From NCBI GenBank assembly GCA_027081275.1, contig JALWKV010000046.1, positions 2,315-66,314 on the forward strand: a stretch of DNA of 64,000 bases, in the 5' to 3' direction. A program made the position numbers and the translations under genes. Positions 56,282 through 64,000 of the stretch are shown piece by piece. The first letter of the stretch is position 1, and every line of letters starts with the position of its first letter. This DNA comes from Gammaproteobacteria bacterium (GTDB taxonomy: Bacteria; Pseudomonadota; Gammaproteobacteria; UWMA-0217). The notes below the pieces were generated by a model. It saw only the letters and a program-made list of their open reading frames with translations, had not been told where the DNA came from and ran no database searches.

Positions 56282-57583
56282 ATGCAGGATACCTCGGCCA
56301 ACATCGTCCACTGGTTCCGCGACGCGGCGCCGTACATCAACCGCCATCGGGAGAAGACCTTTGTCGTCTACTTTTCCGGGGAGGCGATCGACAGCGCGGG
56401 CTTCGACAATCTGATCCACGATCTGGCGATCCTCCATGCGCTGGGGATTCGGCTGGTGCTGGTCCATGGCGCGCGGCCGCAGATCGAGCGGCGGATCCGG
56501 CTGGAGGAGATCACGCCGTGGTTCGCGCACGGGCTGCGCATTACCGACGACCGTTCTCTCAATCCGGTGATCGAGGCGGTCGGACGGCTGCGGGTGATCA
56601 TCGAGGCGCGGTTGTCGCTCAGCCTCGCCAACACGCCGATGTCGGGCAGTCGCATCCGGGTCTGCAGCGGCAATTTCATCACGGCCCGGCCGCTGGGCGT
56701 GCGCAACGGCATCGACTTCCACCACACCGGCGAGGTTCGGCGGGTGCAGACGGACGCGATCGAGGCGCAGCTGGCCTCGGGTCAGTGCGTGCTGCTGTCG
56801 CCGCTCGGCTATTCGCCCACCGGCGAGGTCTTCAACCTCAGCGCCGAGGACGTCGCCACTCGCACGGCCATCGCTCTCGGCGCGGACAAGCTGATCCTGA
56901 TGAACGACCGGGCGCTGCCGGACGGATTTCCTTCCCAGCTGACGCCGGCGCAGATCGACGAGCTGCTGCTCGATCACTCGCCCTCGGGCATGCTGGCCAA
57001 GCACCTGCAGAACGCGCGGGAGGCGATCGAGGCCGGGGTGCAGCGCTGTCATGTCATCGACCATGAACGCGACGGCTCCCTGCTGCTGGAGCTGTTTACC
57101 CGCGATGGCGCCGGTACGCTGGTGTCGGCGGAGGCTTTCGAGGACATCCGCCAAGCGACGATCAACGATGTCGGCGGCATTCTGGAGCTGATCGAGCCGC
57201 TGGAGCGCGACGGCCTGCTGGTGCGGCGGTCGCGCGAGCAGCTGGAGCTGGAGATCGACCATTTCACCGTCATCCAGCGCGACGGCAAGATCATCGCCTG
57301 CGCCGCGCTCTACCCCTACCCCGAGGAGAAGGCGGCGGAGATCGCCTGCGTCGCGGTACACCCCGAATACCGCCAGGACCGGCGCGGCGAGCGGCTGGTG
57401 GAGTATCTGGAAAAGGCGGCGCGGCTGCAGCGGCTGAAGTATCTGTTCGTGCTGTCGACGCAGACGATGCACTGGTTCATGGAGCAGGGTTATCGCCCCG
57501 GCAGCCTGGACGACCTACCATTGGAGCGGGCGGCCCTTTACAATTACCAGCGCCAGTCGAAAATCTTCATCAAGCATTTGTAG
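56282..57583 (+). CDS. argA: Amino-acid N-acetyltransferase (N-acetylglutamate synthase)
   Basis: Colinear with E. coli ArgA (PYINTHRGKTFV, ATINDIGGILELI, ACVAVHPDYR). Start set at MQDTSANIVHWF. Confidence 0.9.
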   Translation: MQDTSANIVHWFRDAAPYINRHREKTFVVYFSGEAIDSAGFDNLIHDLAILHALGIRLVLVHGARPQIERRIRLEEITPWFAHGLRITDDRSLNPVIEAVGRLRVIIEARLSLSLANTPMSGSRIRVCSGNFITARPLGVRNGIDFHHTGEVRRVQTDAIEAQLASGQCVLLSPLGYSPTGEVFNLSAEDVATRTAIALGADKLILMNDRALPDGFPSQLTPAQIDELLLDHSPSGMLAKHLQNAREAIEAGVQRCHVIDHERDGSLLLELFTRDGAGTLVSAEAFEDIRQATINDVGGILELIEPLERDGLLVRRSREQLELEIDHFTVIQRDGKIIACAALYPYPEEKAAEIACVAVHPEYRQDRRGERLVEYLEKAARLQRLKYLFVLSTQTMHWFMEQGYRPGSLDDLPLERAALYNYQRQSKIFIKHL

Positions 57584-57592
57584 CCCTCTCCC

Positions 57593-58354
57593 TTGAACGC
57601 GCCGATCGATTTCATCCAGATCACCGATCTGCATATTGCCGAGCCGCCCCGGCCGCTTCCCGCTTCGACGATGAACACGGAGGACAGCCTGTGGCTGGTG
57701 CTGCGGACCATCGAGCGCGACGAGGCTCCGGCCTTCATGCTCTGCACCGGCGATCTGGCGAACGAGCCGGTGCCGGAGGCCTATGCCCGGCTCCACGAGA
57801 TGATCGGCAACGACGGCTGCCCCATCCACTGCCTGCCGGGAAATCACGATGACCCCGGCATGGCGCGTGACGCCGGCCAGTCCCGGCTGCGCTGGGATGC
57901 CACCGTCGAGGCGGGCAACTGGCTGATCGTGATGCTCGACTCCCATGTGCCGGGCCGTATCGACGGGCGCCTGTCGGACGCCGAACTGAAGCGGCTGGAG
58001 CAGACGCTGGCCCGCCACCCCGACCGTCACGCGCTGGTCTGCCTGCATCACCACCCGGTGCCGATGGAGAGCCGCTGGCTCGACAACCATATTCTGAAAA
58101 ACGCCGATGCATTCTTCGCCGTCATCGACCGCCATCCGCAGGTGCGCGGCATCGTCTGGGGCCATGTGCATCAGGCCTGGGCCGGGCGGCGCAACGGGGT
58201 CGAGCTGATCGGCACGCCTTCCACCTGTTTCCAGTTCCTGCCACGCGCCGATGACTTCGCTTTCGACAGCCTCCCTCCCGCCTACCGGCGCTTTCGCCTC
58301 CACGCCGACGGAAATTTCACTTCCGAGCCGATTTTCTGCGAACTAACTTTGTAA
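57593..58354 (+). CDS. cpdA: 3',5'-cyclic-nucleotide phosphodiesterase CpdA (class III metallophosphoesterase)
   Basis: IQITDLH, TGDLA, LPGNHD, LHHHP and GHVHQ motifs; colinear with E. coli CpdA. Confidence 0.8.
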   Translation: MNAPIDFIQITDLHIAEPPRPLPASTMNTEDSLWLVLRTIERDEAPAFMLCTGDLANEPVPEAYARLHEMIGNDGCPIHCLPGNHDDPGMARDAGQSRLRWDATVEAGNWLIVMLDSHVPGRIDGRLSDAELKRLEQTLARHPDRHALVCLHHHPVPMESRWLDNHILKNADAFFAVIDRHPQVRGIVWGHVHQAWAGRRNGVELIGTPSTCFQFLPRADDFAFDSLPPAYRRFRLHADGNFTSEPIFCELTL

Positions 58355-58414
58355 ATTTGTTGTCACACAATTGGACGCGCAAAACAGTTAGGGAACCTGT
58401 TTGTCCATCCGACC

Positions 58415-59320
58415 ATGGTCGCCGCCTTCCCCCAAGCGGCCTCATGGTTCGCGTCCGCCCCACTGCGAAACAAGAAGACAACAAGAGGCTGCATCGTGGA
58501 ACTATCAGAACAACTCCGGGCCTATCTGGCCCAACCCAACCCGGATCTGCTGGAAGCGTCACTGCTCGTGGCCCGGCATGCCCAGCCATCACTGGTCACG
58601 GCACGGTATACCGGCTGCGTCAACGCCTGGGCCATCGATCTGGCCGAGCGGCTGGACGGACTCAAGGACGAGCGCGCAAAACTCAAGCGAATCAATGACT
58701 TCATTTTTCGCGAGCTGGGTTTCTCCGGCAATCACGAGGACTACTACGACCCGCGCAACAACATGATCAACCACGTCATCGAGCGCCGCAAGGGCATACC
58801 GATTACGATGGCGGTGCTCTACATCACGCTGGCGCAGCGGGTCGGACTGCAGGTGGAAGGCGCATCGTTTCCCGGCCACTTTCTCGTAAAGATGAACCTG
58901 GACGAGGGGCTGGTCGTGCTCGACCCCTTCAACAAGGGCGTGAGCCTCGGCGAGGACGATCTCAAGACCCTGCTCGAATACAACAATCTCGACTCCGACA
59001 CCAAAATGCTGTCGGCCTCGCTGCGCACGGCGACGCTCGAAGAGACGATCCTGCGCATGTTGCGCAACCTCAAGGCCGTCTATATCAAGGACAGGCAACA
59101 GGAGGCGGCGCTGGAGACGCTCAACCTGATGCTCAGCATCAACCCCGAACTGGTAGAGGAGCGACGCGAACGCGGCCTGCTGTTGCGCGACATGGGCTGC
59201 AACCACACCGCGCTGCTGGATCTGAACAGCTACATGGAGCGCTCGAAAAAGGAGGATCGCATCGCCGAGATCCGCCCGCTGGTAGTCGAACTGCTGCGCA
59301 ACACGCCGCCGCTGCACTGA
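58415..59320 (+). CDS. SirB1/YchA-family protein (transglutaminase-like N-domain plus TPR-like C-domain)
   Basis: Architecture and length fit E. coli YchA-type proteins; start uncertain. Confidence 0.6.
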   Translation: MVAAFPQAASWFASAPLRNKKTTRGCIVELSEQLRAYLAQPNPDLLEASLLVARHAQPSLVTARYTGCVNAWAIDLAERLDGLKDERAKLKRINDFIFRELGFSGNHEDYYDPRNNMINHVIERRKGIPITMAVLYITLAQRVGLQVEGASFPGHFLVKMNLDEGLVVLDPFNKGVSLGEDDLKTLLEYNNLDSDTKMLSASLRTATLEETILRMLRNLKAVYIKDRQQEAALETLNLMLSINPELVEERRERGLLLRDMGCNHTALLDLNSYMERSKKEDRIAEIRPLVVELLRNTPPLH

Positions 59321-59373
59321 CAGGCGCGTGGGTGATATGCTCCGGCACCTCTTCGGTCTGGAGCACAACCCCG

Positions 59374-60363
59374 ATGGATCAGCGTCTGGAAGAACTGAAG
59401 CAGTGGCTGGCCACGCTGCCGTGGCTGGGCCGTTTCGACATTGCGCCGGCATCAGCCGACGCCAGCTTTCGCCGCTATTTCCGCGTCAGCCGCGCCGACG
59501 GCGGCACGCTGATCGCGATGGATGCGCCGCCGGAGCACGAAGATTGCGCCCCCTTCATCGACGTGACGCAACGACTCGAGCACGCCGCCCTGCGGGTGCC
59601 GCACATCCATGCCCGCAACGATGCCGCCGGTTTTCTGCTGCTCGACGACCTTGGCGCCACCGACTATCTGCGGCGGCTGTCGCCCGAATCGGCCGACAGC
59701 CTCTACGGCGCCGCCATCGACGCGCTGCATCGGCTCCAGAACGCCGAAACGGCGGGCCTGCCGGACTATGACGAAGCCCTGCTGACAGCAGAGCTGACCC
59801 TGTTCACCGACTGGTTTCTGGACCGCCACCTCGGCATTCGCCTCGATGCCGCCCGGCAGGTCACCATCGCCACCGTTTTTCGCCACCTCATCGACAACGC
59901 GCTGGCGCAACCGCGGGTTTTCGTCCATCGAGACTACCACTCGCGCAACCTGATGGTCGGCGACGACGGCGAGCCCGGCATCATCGACTATCAGGACGCA
60001 GTGCGCGGGCCGATCAGCTACGACCTTGTCTCGCTGCTGCGCGACTGCTATATCGCCTGGCCGGAGGCGCGCGTCGAAGGGTGGATGCGGGCTTTCACCG
60101 ACGAGGCCGTGGCGCGCGGGCGGATGACGGCAACCGAAGCGGCGCGGTTTCCGCGCTGGTTCGATCTGATGGGGGTTCAGCGACACCTCAAGGCCATCGG
60201 CATCTTCGCCCGGCTCAACCACCGCGACGGCAAGCCGGGCTACCTGGGCGACATCCCGCGCACGCTCGACTACGTGCTGCGCGTCGGCGCGCGCCATGAC
60301 GAGACGCGGCCGCTGACCGAACTCTTGCGGACACTCGGCGTGGCCGAACGGGTCGCCCCATGA
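59374..60363 (+). CDS. amgK: Anomeric MurNAc/GlcNAc kinase AmgK (aminoglycoside phosphotransferase fold)
   Basis: APH-type motifs (VFVHRDYHSRNLMV, IDYQDA). 4-nt overlap with the downstream murU-type gene. Confidence 0.7.
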   Translation: MDQRLEELKQWLATLPWLGRFDIAPASADASFRRYFRVSRADGGTLIAMDAPPEHEDCAPFIDVTQRLEHAALRVPHIHARNDAAGFLLLDDLGATDYLRRLSPESADSLYGAAIDALHRLQNAETAGLPDYDEALLTAELTLFTDWFLDRHLGIRLDAARQVTIATVFRHLIDNALAQPRVFVHRDYHSRNLMVGDDGEPGIIDYQDAVRGPISYDLVSLLRDCYIAWPEARVEGWMRAFTDEAVARGRMTATEAARFPRWFDLMGVQRHLKAIGIFARLNHRDGKPGYLGDIPRTLDYVLRVGARHDETRPLTELLRTLGVAERVAP

Positions 60364-61028
60364 AAGCGATGATCCTGGCCGCGGGGCGCGGCGAGCGCAT
60401 GCGTCCCCTGACCGACCGGCGACCCAAACCGCTGCTGCCGGTGCTCGGCAAGCCTCTGATCGAGTACCACATCGAGCGGCTGCGCGGGGCCGGTTATCGC
60501 GACATCGTCATCAACCTCCACCATCTTGGCGAGCAGATCCGCGCCCATCTTGGCGACGGCAGCCGCTTCGGCGTCGAGATCCGCTATTCGGAGGAGCAGC
60601 CACAACGGCTGGAGACGGGTGGCGGCATCTTCAAGGCACTGCCGCTGCTGGGCGACAGCCCCTTTCTCGTCATCAACGGCGACATCTGGAGCGACTGCGA
60701 TCTGAGTCCACGCAGACTGGACGACAAGGCGCTGGCGCATCTGGTGCTCGTCCCCAATCCGGAACACAACCGGGGGGGCGACTTCGGGCTGGAAAACGGA
60801 TGGGTGAGCAATACGCCGCGCAGTCACACCTTCAGCGGGATCGGCTGGTACCGGGCGACGTTGTTTGCCGATTGCAGTGGCGGCGCGTTTCCGCTGGCGC
60901 CCCTGCTGCGCAAGGCCGCCGATCAGCAGCAGGTCAGCGGTGAAATCTGCACGGAAAAATGGATGGACATCGGCACGCCCGAGCGGCTCGACGAGATCGC
61001 CAGGTGGCTGGCCTCAACCAACAGCTGA
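60360..61028 (+). CDS. murU: N-acetylmuramate alpha-1-phosphate uridylyltransferase MurU
   Basis: MKAMILAAGRGERMRPLTDRRPKPLLPV, a sugar-1-P nucleotidyltransferase G-loop. Paired with amgK. Confidence 0.75.
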   Translation: MKAMILAAGRGERMRPLTDRRPKPLLPVLGKPLIEYHIERLRGAGYRDIVINLHHLGEQIRAHLGDGSRFGVEIRYSEEQPQRLETGGGIFKALPLLGDSPFLVINGDIWSDCDLSPRRLDDKALAHLVLVPNPEHNRGGDFGLENGWVSNTPRSHTFSGIGWYRATLFADCSGGAFPLAPLLRKAADQQQVSGEICTEKWMDIGTPERLDEIARWLASTNS

Positions 61029-61043
61029 CACCCCATTTGCGTC

Positions 61044-61832
61044 TCAATCGTGCTGCGCGGTCGGCGCGCCGTTGGAGAAGCGTTTCCAGCGATACCAGTA
61101 GTAACCGAACAGCTCATGCAGCGCGGTATAGCTCTGCGCCAGCGCGCGCGGCTGCGGCAGCCAGTTCCAGTAGGCACCCTTCATGGGAGGCTGCGCATCC
61201 CAGCCGGTCGGCGCCGGCAACGGCTTGATGCCGAAGTACATGAAACTTTCGATGGCCCGCGCCATGTGCCAGTAGTTGGTGACGAGCAGCGGCTGACGGT
61301 AGTTCTTGAGCAGCGGCGCGGTGAACTTCGCGTTCTCGAAGGTGTTGCTCGCCCGCCCCTCGACCGTGACATTGCTCACCCCGAGCACCTTGCGCAGAAA
61401 ATCGGCGCCGGCATGGCGGTGGTCGCGTCGCTCGTTGCGGGTTCGGGCCTCGCTGACGATGACGGGCAGGCCCGACTGTTTCGCAAGCCAGCCGGCATAG
61501 ACCAGGCGCTGCAACATGCCCGGACCCGGCTGTCCATCCATGCCGTATTCCCGCCCACCCGGAAAATGGCCGCCACCGAGCACGACGATGACATCGGCTT
61601 CCGGCGGCAGCTTCTCCAGCGCGGGGAAGTCATCCTGGAATCCGTCGATCAGCCGCTGGCTGATGGCCGGCACGCTGAGCAGATAGGTCACCAGCAGCAC
61701 AAGCGAGAAAAGGCGCGAGAAGATGCGCGGGCGGATCGTCACCAGCATGCCGATCAGCAGGCCAACCCAGATGATCAGCGCCGGCGGCAACACCAGCACT
61801 TCGACAATCCGCATGATCTCGTTTTCCGTCAT
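61044..61832 (-). CDS. elyC: ElyC/YdcF-family (DUF218) envelope biogenesis protein (start set at MTENEIM)
   Basis: N-terminal TM segments then DUF218 core (DVIVVLGGG...; NTFENA). Confidence 0.7.
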   Translation of the reverse strand: MTENEIMRIVEVLVLPPALIIWVGLLIGMLVTIRPRIFSRLFSLVLLVTYLLSVPAISQRLIDGFQDDFPALEKLPPEADVIVVLGGGHFPGGREYGMDGQPGPGMLQRLVYAGWLAKQSGLPVIVSEARTRNERRDHRHAGADFLRKVLGVSNVTVEGRASNTFENAKFTAPLLKNYRQPLLVTNYWHMARAIESFMYFGIKPLPAPTGWDAQPPMKGAYWNWLPQPRALAQSYTALHELFGYYWYRWKRFSNGAPTAQHD

Positions 61833-62788
61833 CTGTCCAGGCTCCCGGCCGCCTGCTGGTCGGCGTGATAGGAAGAGCGCACCATCGGCCCGCTCGCCAC
61901 ATGGCGAAATCCCATTTCGTAGCCCACCTCCGCCAGGCGCTCGAATTCCCCGGGATCGACATAACGGCTCACCGGCAGGTGATGCCGCGTCGGTTGCAGA
62001 TATTGCCCCAGCGTCAGCATCTCGCAATCGTGGGCGCGCAGATCGGCCATCACCTCGACCACTTCATCGATCTCTTCCCCCAGACCGAGCATCAGTCCAG
62101 ATTTGGTGGGGACGCCGGGATGCCGCTGCTTGAACGCCTTGAGCAGTTCGAGCGACCACTGATAGTCGGCCCCGGGACGCGCCTGGCGATACAGCCGGGG
62201 CACGGTCTCGAGGTTGTGATTGAAGACATCGGGCGGCGCCGCATCGAAAATGCCGAGCGCCACCTCCATGCGACCGCGAAAATCGGGCACCAGCACCTCG
62301 ATGCCGGTATCGGGATTGTGCTGCCGCACGGCCTGGATGCAGGCAACGAAATGACCCGCGCCGCCGTCGCGCAGATCATCGCGATCGACCGAGGTGATGA
62401 CGACGTAACGCAGCTTCATCTCGGCGATGGTCCGCGCCAGATGCAACGGCTCGTTCTCGTCGAGCGGCTCGGGACGCCCGTGGGAGACGTCGCAGAAGGG
62501 GCAGCGCCGGGTGCAGATGTCGCCCATGATCATGAACGTGGCCGTGCCGTGGCTGAAGCATTCGTTCAGATTGGGGCAGGTCGCCTCTTCGCAGACCGTA
62601 TGCAGCCGGTTGGCCCGCAGGGTCTTTTTCAGCGCATCGACCCGCCGCCCCACCGGCGCCTTGACGCGGATCCACGGCGGCTTGCGCATTGGGCGCTCGG
62701 TCGGCGCGATCTTCACCGGAATGCGCGCCACCTTGTCGGCGCCGCGCTGACGCTCACCGACCTTCACTCTCTCTTTGTTCGTCGTCAT
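61829..62788 (-). CDS. lipA: Lipoyl synthase (start set at MTTNKERV)
   Basis: [13 protein letters not shown] and radical-SAM CPFCDV motifs; colinear with E. coli LipA. Confidence 0.9.
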   Translation of the reverse strand: MTTNKERVKVGERQRGADKVARIPVKIAPTERPMRKPPWIRVKAPVGRRVDALKKTLRANRLHTVCEEATCPNLNECFSHGTATFMIMGDICTRRCPFCDVSHGRPEPLDENEPLHLARTIAEMKLRYVVITSVDRDDLRDGGAGHFVACIQAVRQHNPDTGIEVLVPDFRGRMEVALGIFDAAPPDVFNHNLETVPRLYRQARPGADYQWSLELLKAFKQRHPGVPTKSGLMLGLGEEIDEVVEVMADLRAHDCEMLTLGQYLQPTRHHLPVSRYVDPGEFERLAEVGYEMGFRHVASGPMVRSSYHADQQAAGSLDR

Positions 62789-63017
62789 GGAGCCGGATTG
62801 TACACCCGAAGTGGACGATGGCGACGCCGGATCGGCACATCTACCTATTTCGTGATATTGGAAAGGCCGCGACTGTTCGGCTACCATCGGGCGTTAATCC
62901 GGGTTTCGGCCGAGGCATCCGCCTCATCGCAACCACATGATTTGAAAGCGATTTGCTGTCCGACACCCGCACGACACACAGGCTTCTCAACCATCAAGAA
63001 CTGAAAGGTACTAGATT

Positions 63018-63341
63018 ATGTCGCTGCTTGACTCAGTTGAAAGAACAGAAAACGGCTACTTGGTCAACGCCAACGAGTGGACCGAAGAGATCGCCGCAGA
63101 GCTGTTTGCGGAAGAAGGCATCGAGCCCACCGAGAAGCACTGGGATATCGTTCGTTATGTCCGCGAAAAGACGCTGGAAGGCAATGAGCCCAACGAGCGT
63201 GAAATCCTCAAGGCCATGCAGAAGAAATGGGGCTACAAGCCTACCAAGAAAGAGATGTACGAAATGTTCCCGCTGATGCCTTCCAAACAGGGCCTGAAGA
63301 TCGGCGGCTGTCCGCAGAGCACACGCAAGGGCGGTTATTGA
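63018..63341 (+). CDS. TusE/DsrC-family sulfur-relay-like protein with atypical C-terminus
   Basis: Aligns with E. coli TusE (EGYL...WSE..A...E.GI..TE.HW.VVRFVR). Conserved Cys retained in GLKIGGC but followed by a 9-residue tail (PQSTRKGGY) instead of being penultimate. Confidence 0.65.
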   Translation: MSLLDSVERTENGYLVNANEWTEEIAAELFAEEGIEPTEKHWDIVRYVREKTLEGNEPNEREILKAMQKKWGYKPTKKEMYEMFPLMPSKQGLKIGGCPQSTRKGGY

Positions 63342-63394
63342 TTTCTCTGCGTCGATAATCCCGAGCGGCGCCCCATGTGGCGCCGCTTTTCGTT

Positions 63395-63952
63395 TCAGGG
63401 AGCGATCCCCTTCACGACGGCATAGCGGAACAAGGCCGTCAGACTCATCGCGTCGGTGATCTCGCCCGCCATCGCCATCCGTATCGCCTCCTCGACCGGA
63501 AGCTTGCGCACGACGATGTCCTCGGTCTCCTCGAACATCGTCTCCCCCTCCTCCAGCCCCGTCGCCAGATAGACGAACCCTTCCTCGTCGGTCACGGAGT
63601 TGGAGAGGTGCATGGTGCAGAACAGCTCGAAGCGCCGCGCCGACAGACCCGTCTCCTCCTTCAGCTCCCGCCGCGCCGTCTCCAGCGGATCTTCGCCGGC
63701 CGGCGAACCGCCTTCGGGAATTTCCCACGACCAGGCATCGAGCGCGTAACGATGCTGTCCCACCAGCCAGGTATTGCCGTGATCGTCGAGCGGCAGAATG
63801 CCCACCGCCTGATTGTGGAAACAGACCTTGCCGTATATGCACGGCTTGCCGGCGGGATTGATGGCGTCATGCTCTTCGAGCCGCACCCAGGGATTGTCGT
63901 AGATGACCCTGATTTCCCGCGTCTGCCACGGATTGTTGCGCTTCTGACTCAC
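63395..63952 (-). CDS. NUDIX hydrolase
   Basis: Nudix box GGSPAGEDPLETARRELKEETGL (GX5EX7REUXEEXGU). Confidence 0.8.
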   Translation of the reverse strand: MSQKRNNPWQTREIRVIYDNPWVRLEEHDAINPAGKPCIYGKVCFHNQAVGILPLDDHGNTWLVGQHRYALDAWSWEIPEGGSPAGEDPLETARRELKEETGLSARRFELFCTMHLSNSVTDEEGFVYLATGLEEGETMFEETEDIVVRKLPVEEAIRMAMAGEITDAMSLTALFRYAVVKGIAP

Positions 63953-64000
63953 TGGACGATCGCTCTTTTTCGGGACGAGCGGCCATTCTAATGCAAAATC

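Noticed and set aside
1-64000. tRNA, rRNA, integrase or transposase genes; prophage
   Set aside because: No tRNA-like cloverleaf termini (e.g. GGTTCGAATCC/CCA contexts), rRNA-like conserved stretches, recombinase-like ORFs or phage structural genes were found. The repeats are non-autonomous.

Overview
High-GC (~65%) proteobacterial chromosomal segment, mostly housekeeping genes. In order: the 3' end of pstC, then pstA, pstB, phoU, phoB and phoR. A long-form RluA-family pseudouridine synthase follows. An MscS-type mechanosensitive channel gene is broken by a 79-bp AT-rich insertion. On the minus strand, fumA, a GST gene and an sbcD with no partner sbcC end directly in a tandem array of four ~140-bp palindromic repeats. 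Next come an SdhE/DUF6883/DUF4926 small-protein cluster and a TetR-regulated RND(MMPL)/DUF1329/DUF1302 export module. These are followed by a metZ-like gene, ung, gspA, gspB, a sprT-like gene, fabA and fabB. A secreted acidic Gly/Pro/Trp-rich protein gene precedes dnaE and rnhB. A predicted GlcN3N-lipid-A cluster (gnnA-like, gnnB-like, lpxB) leads into a cellulose operon of fused bcsAB, bcsZ and bcsC. The rest encodes an AOR-family oxidoreductase, outer-membrane proteins, a ChaN+PDZ protein, an M1 aminopeptidase, argA, cpdA, amgK-murU, elyC, lipA, a TusE/DsrC-like protein and a NUDIX hydrolase. The most unusual content is non-coding: at least three families of short structured repeats (MITE/REP-like). 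Several copies sit at gene starts or at breaks in conserved gene order, and one family shows compensatory base changes that preserve its hairpins. No rRNA, tRNA, CRISPR or transposase gene was seen.
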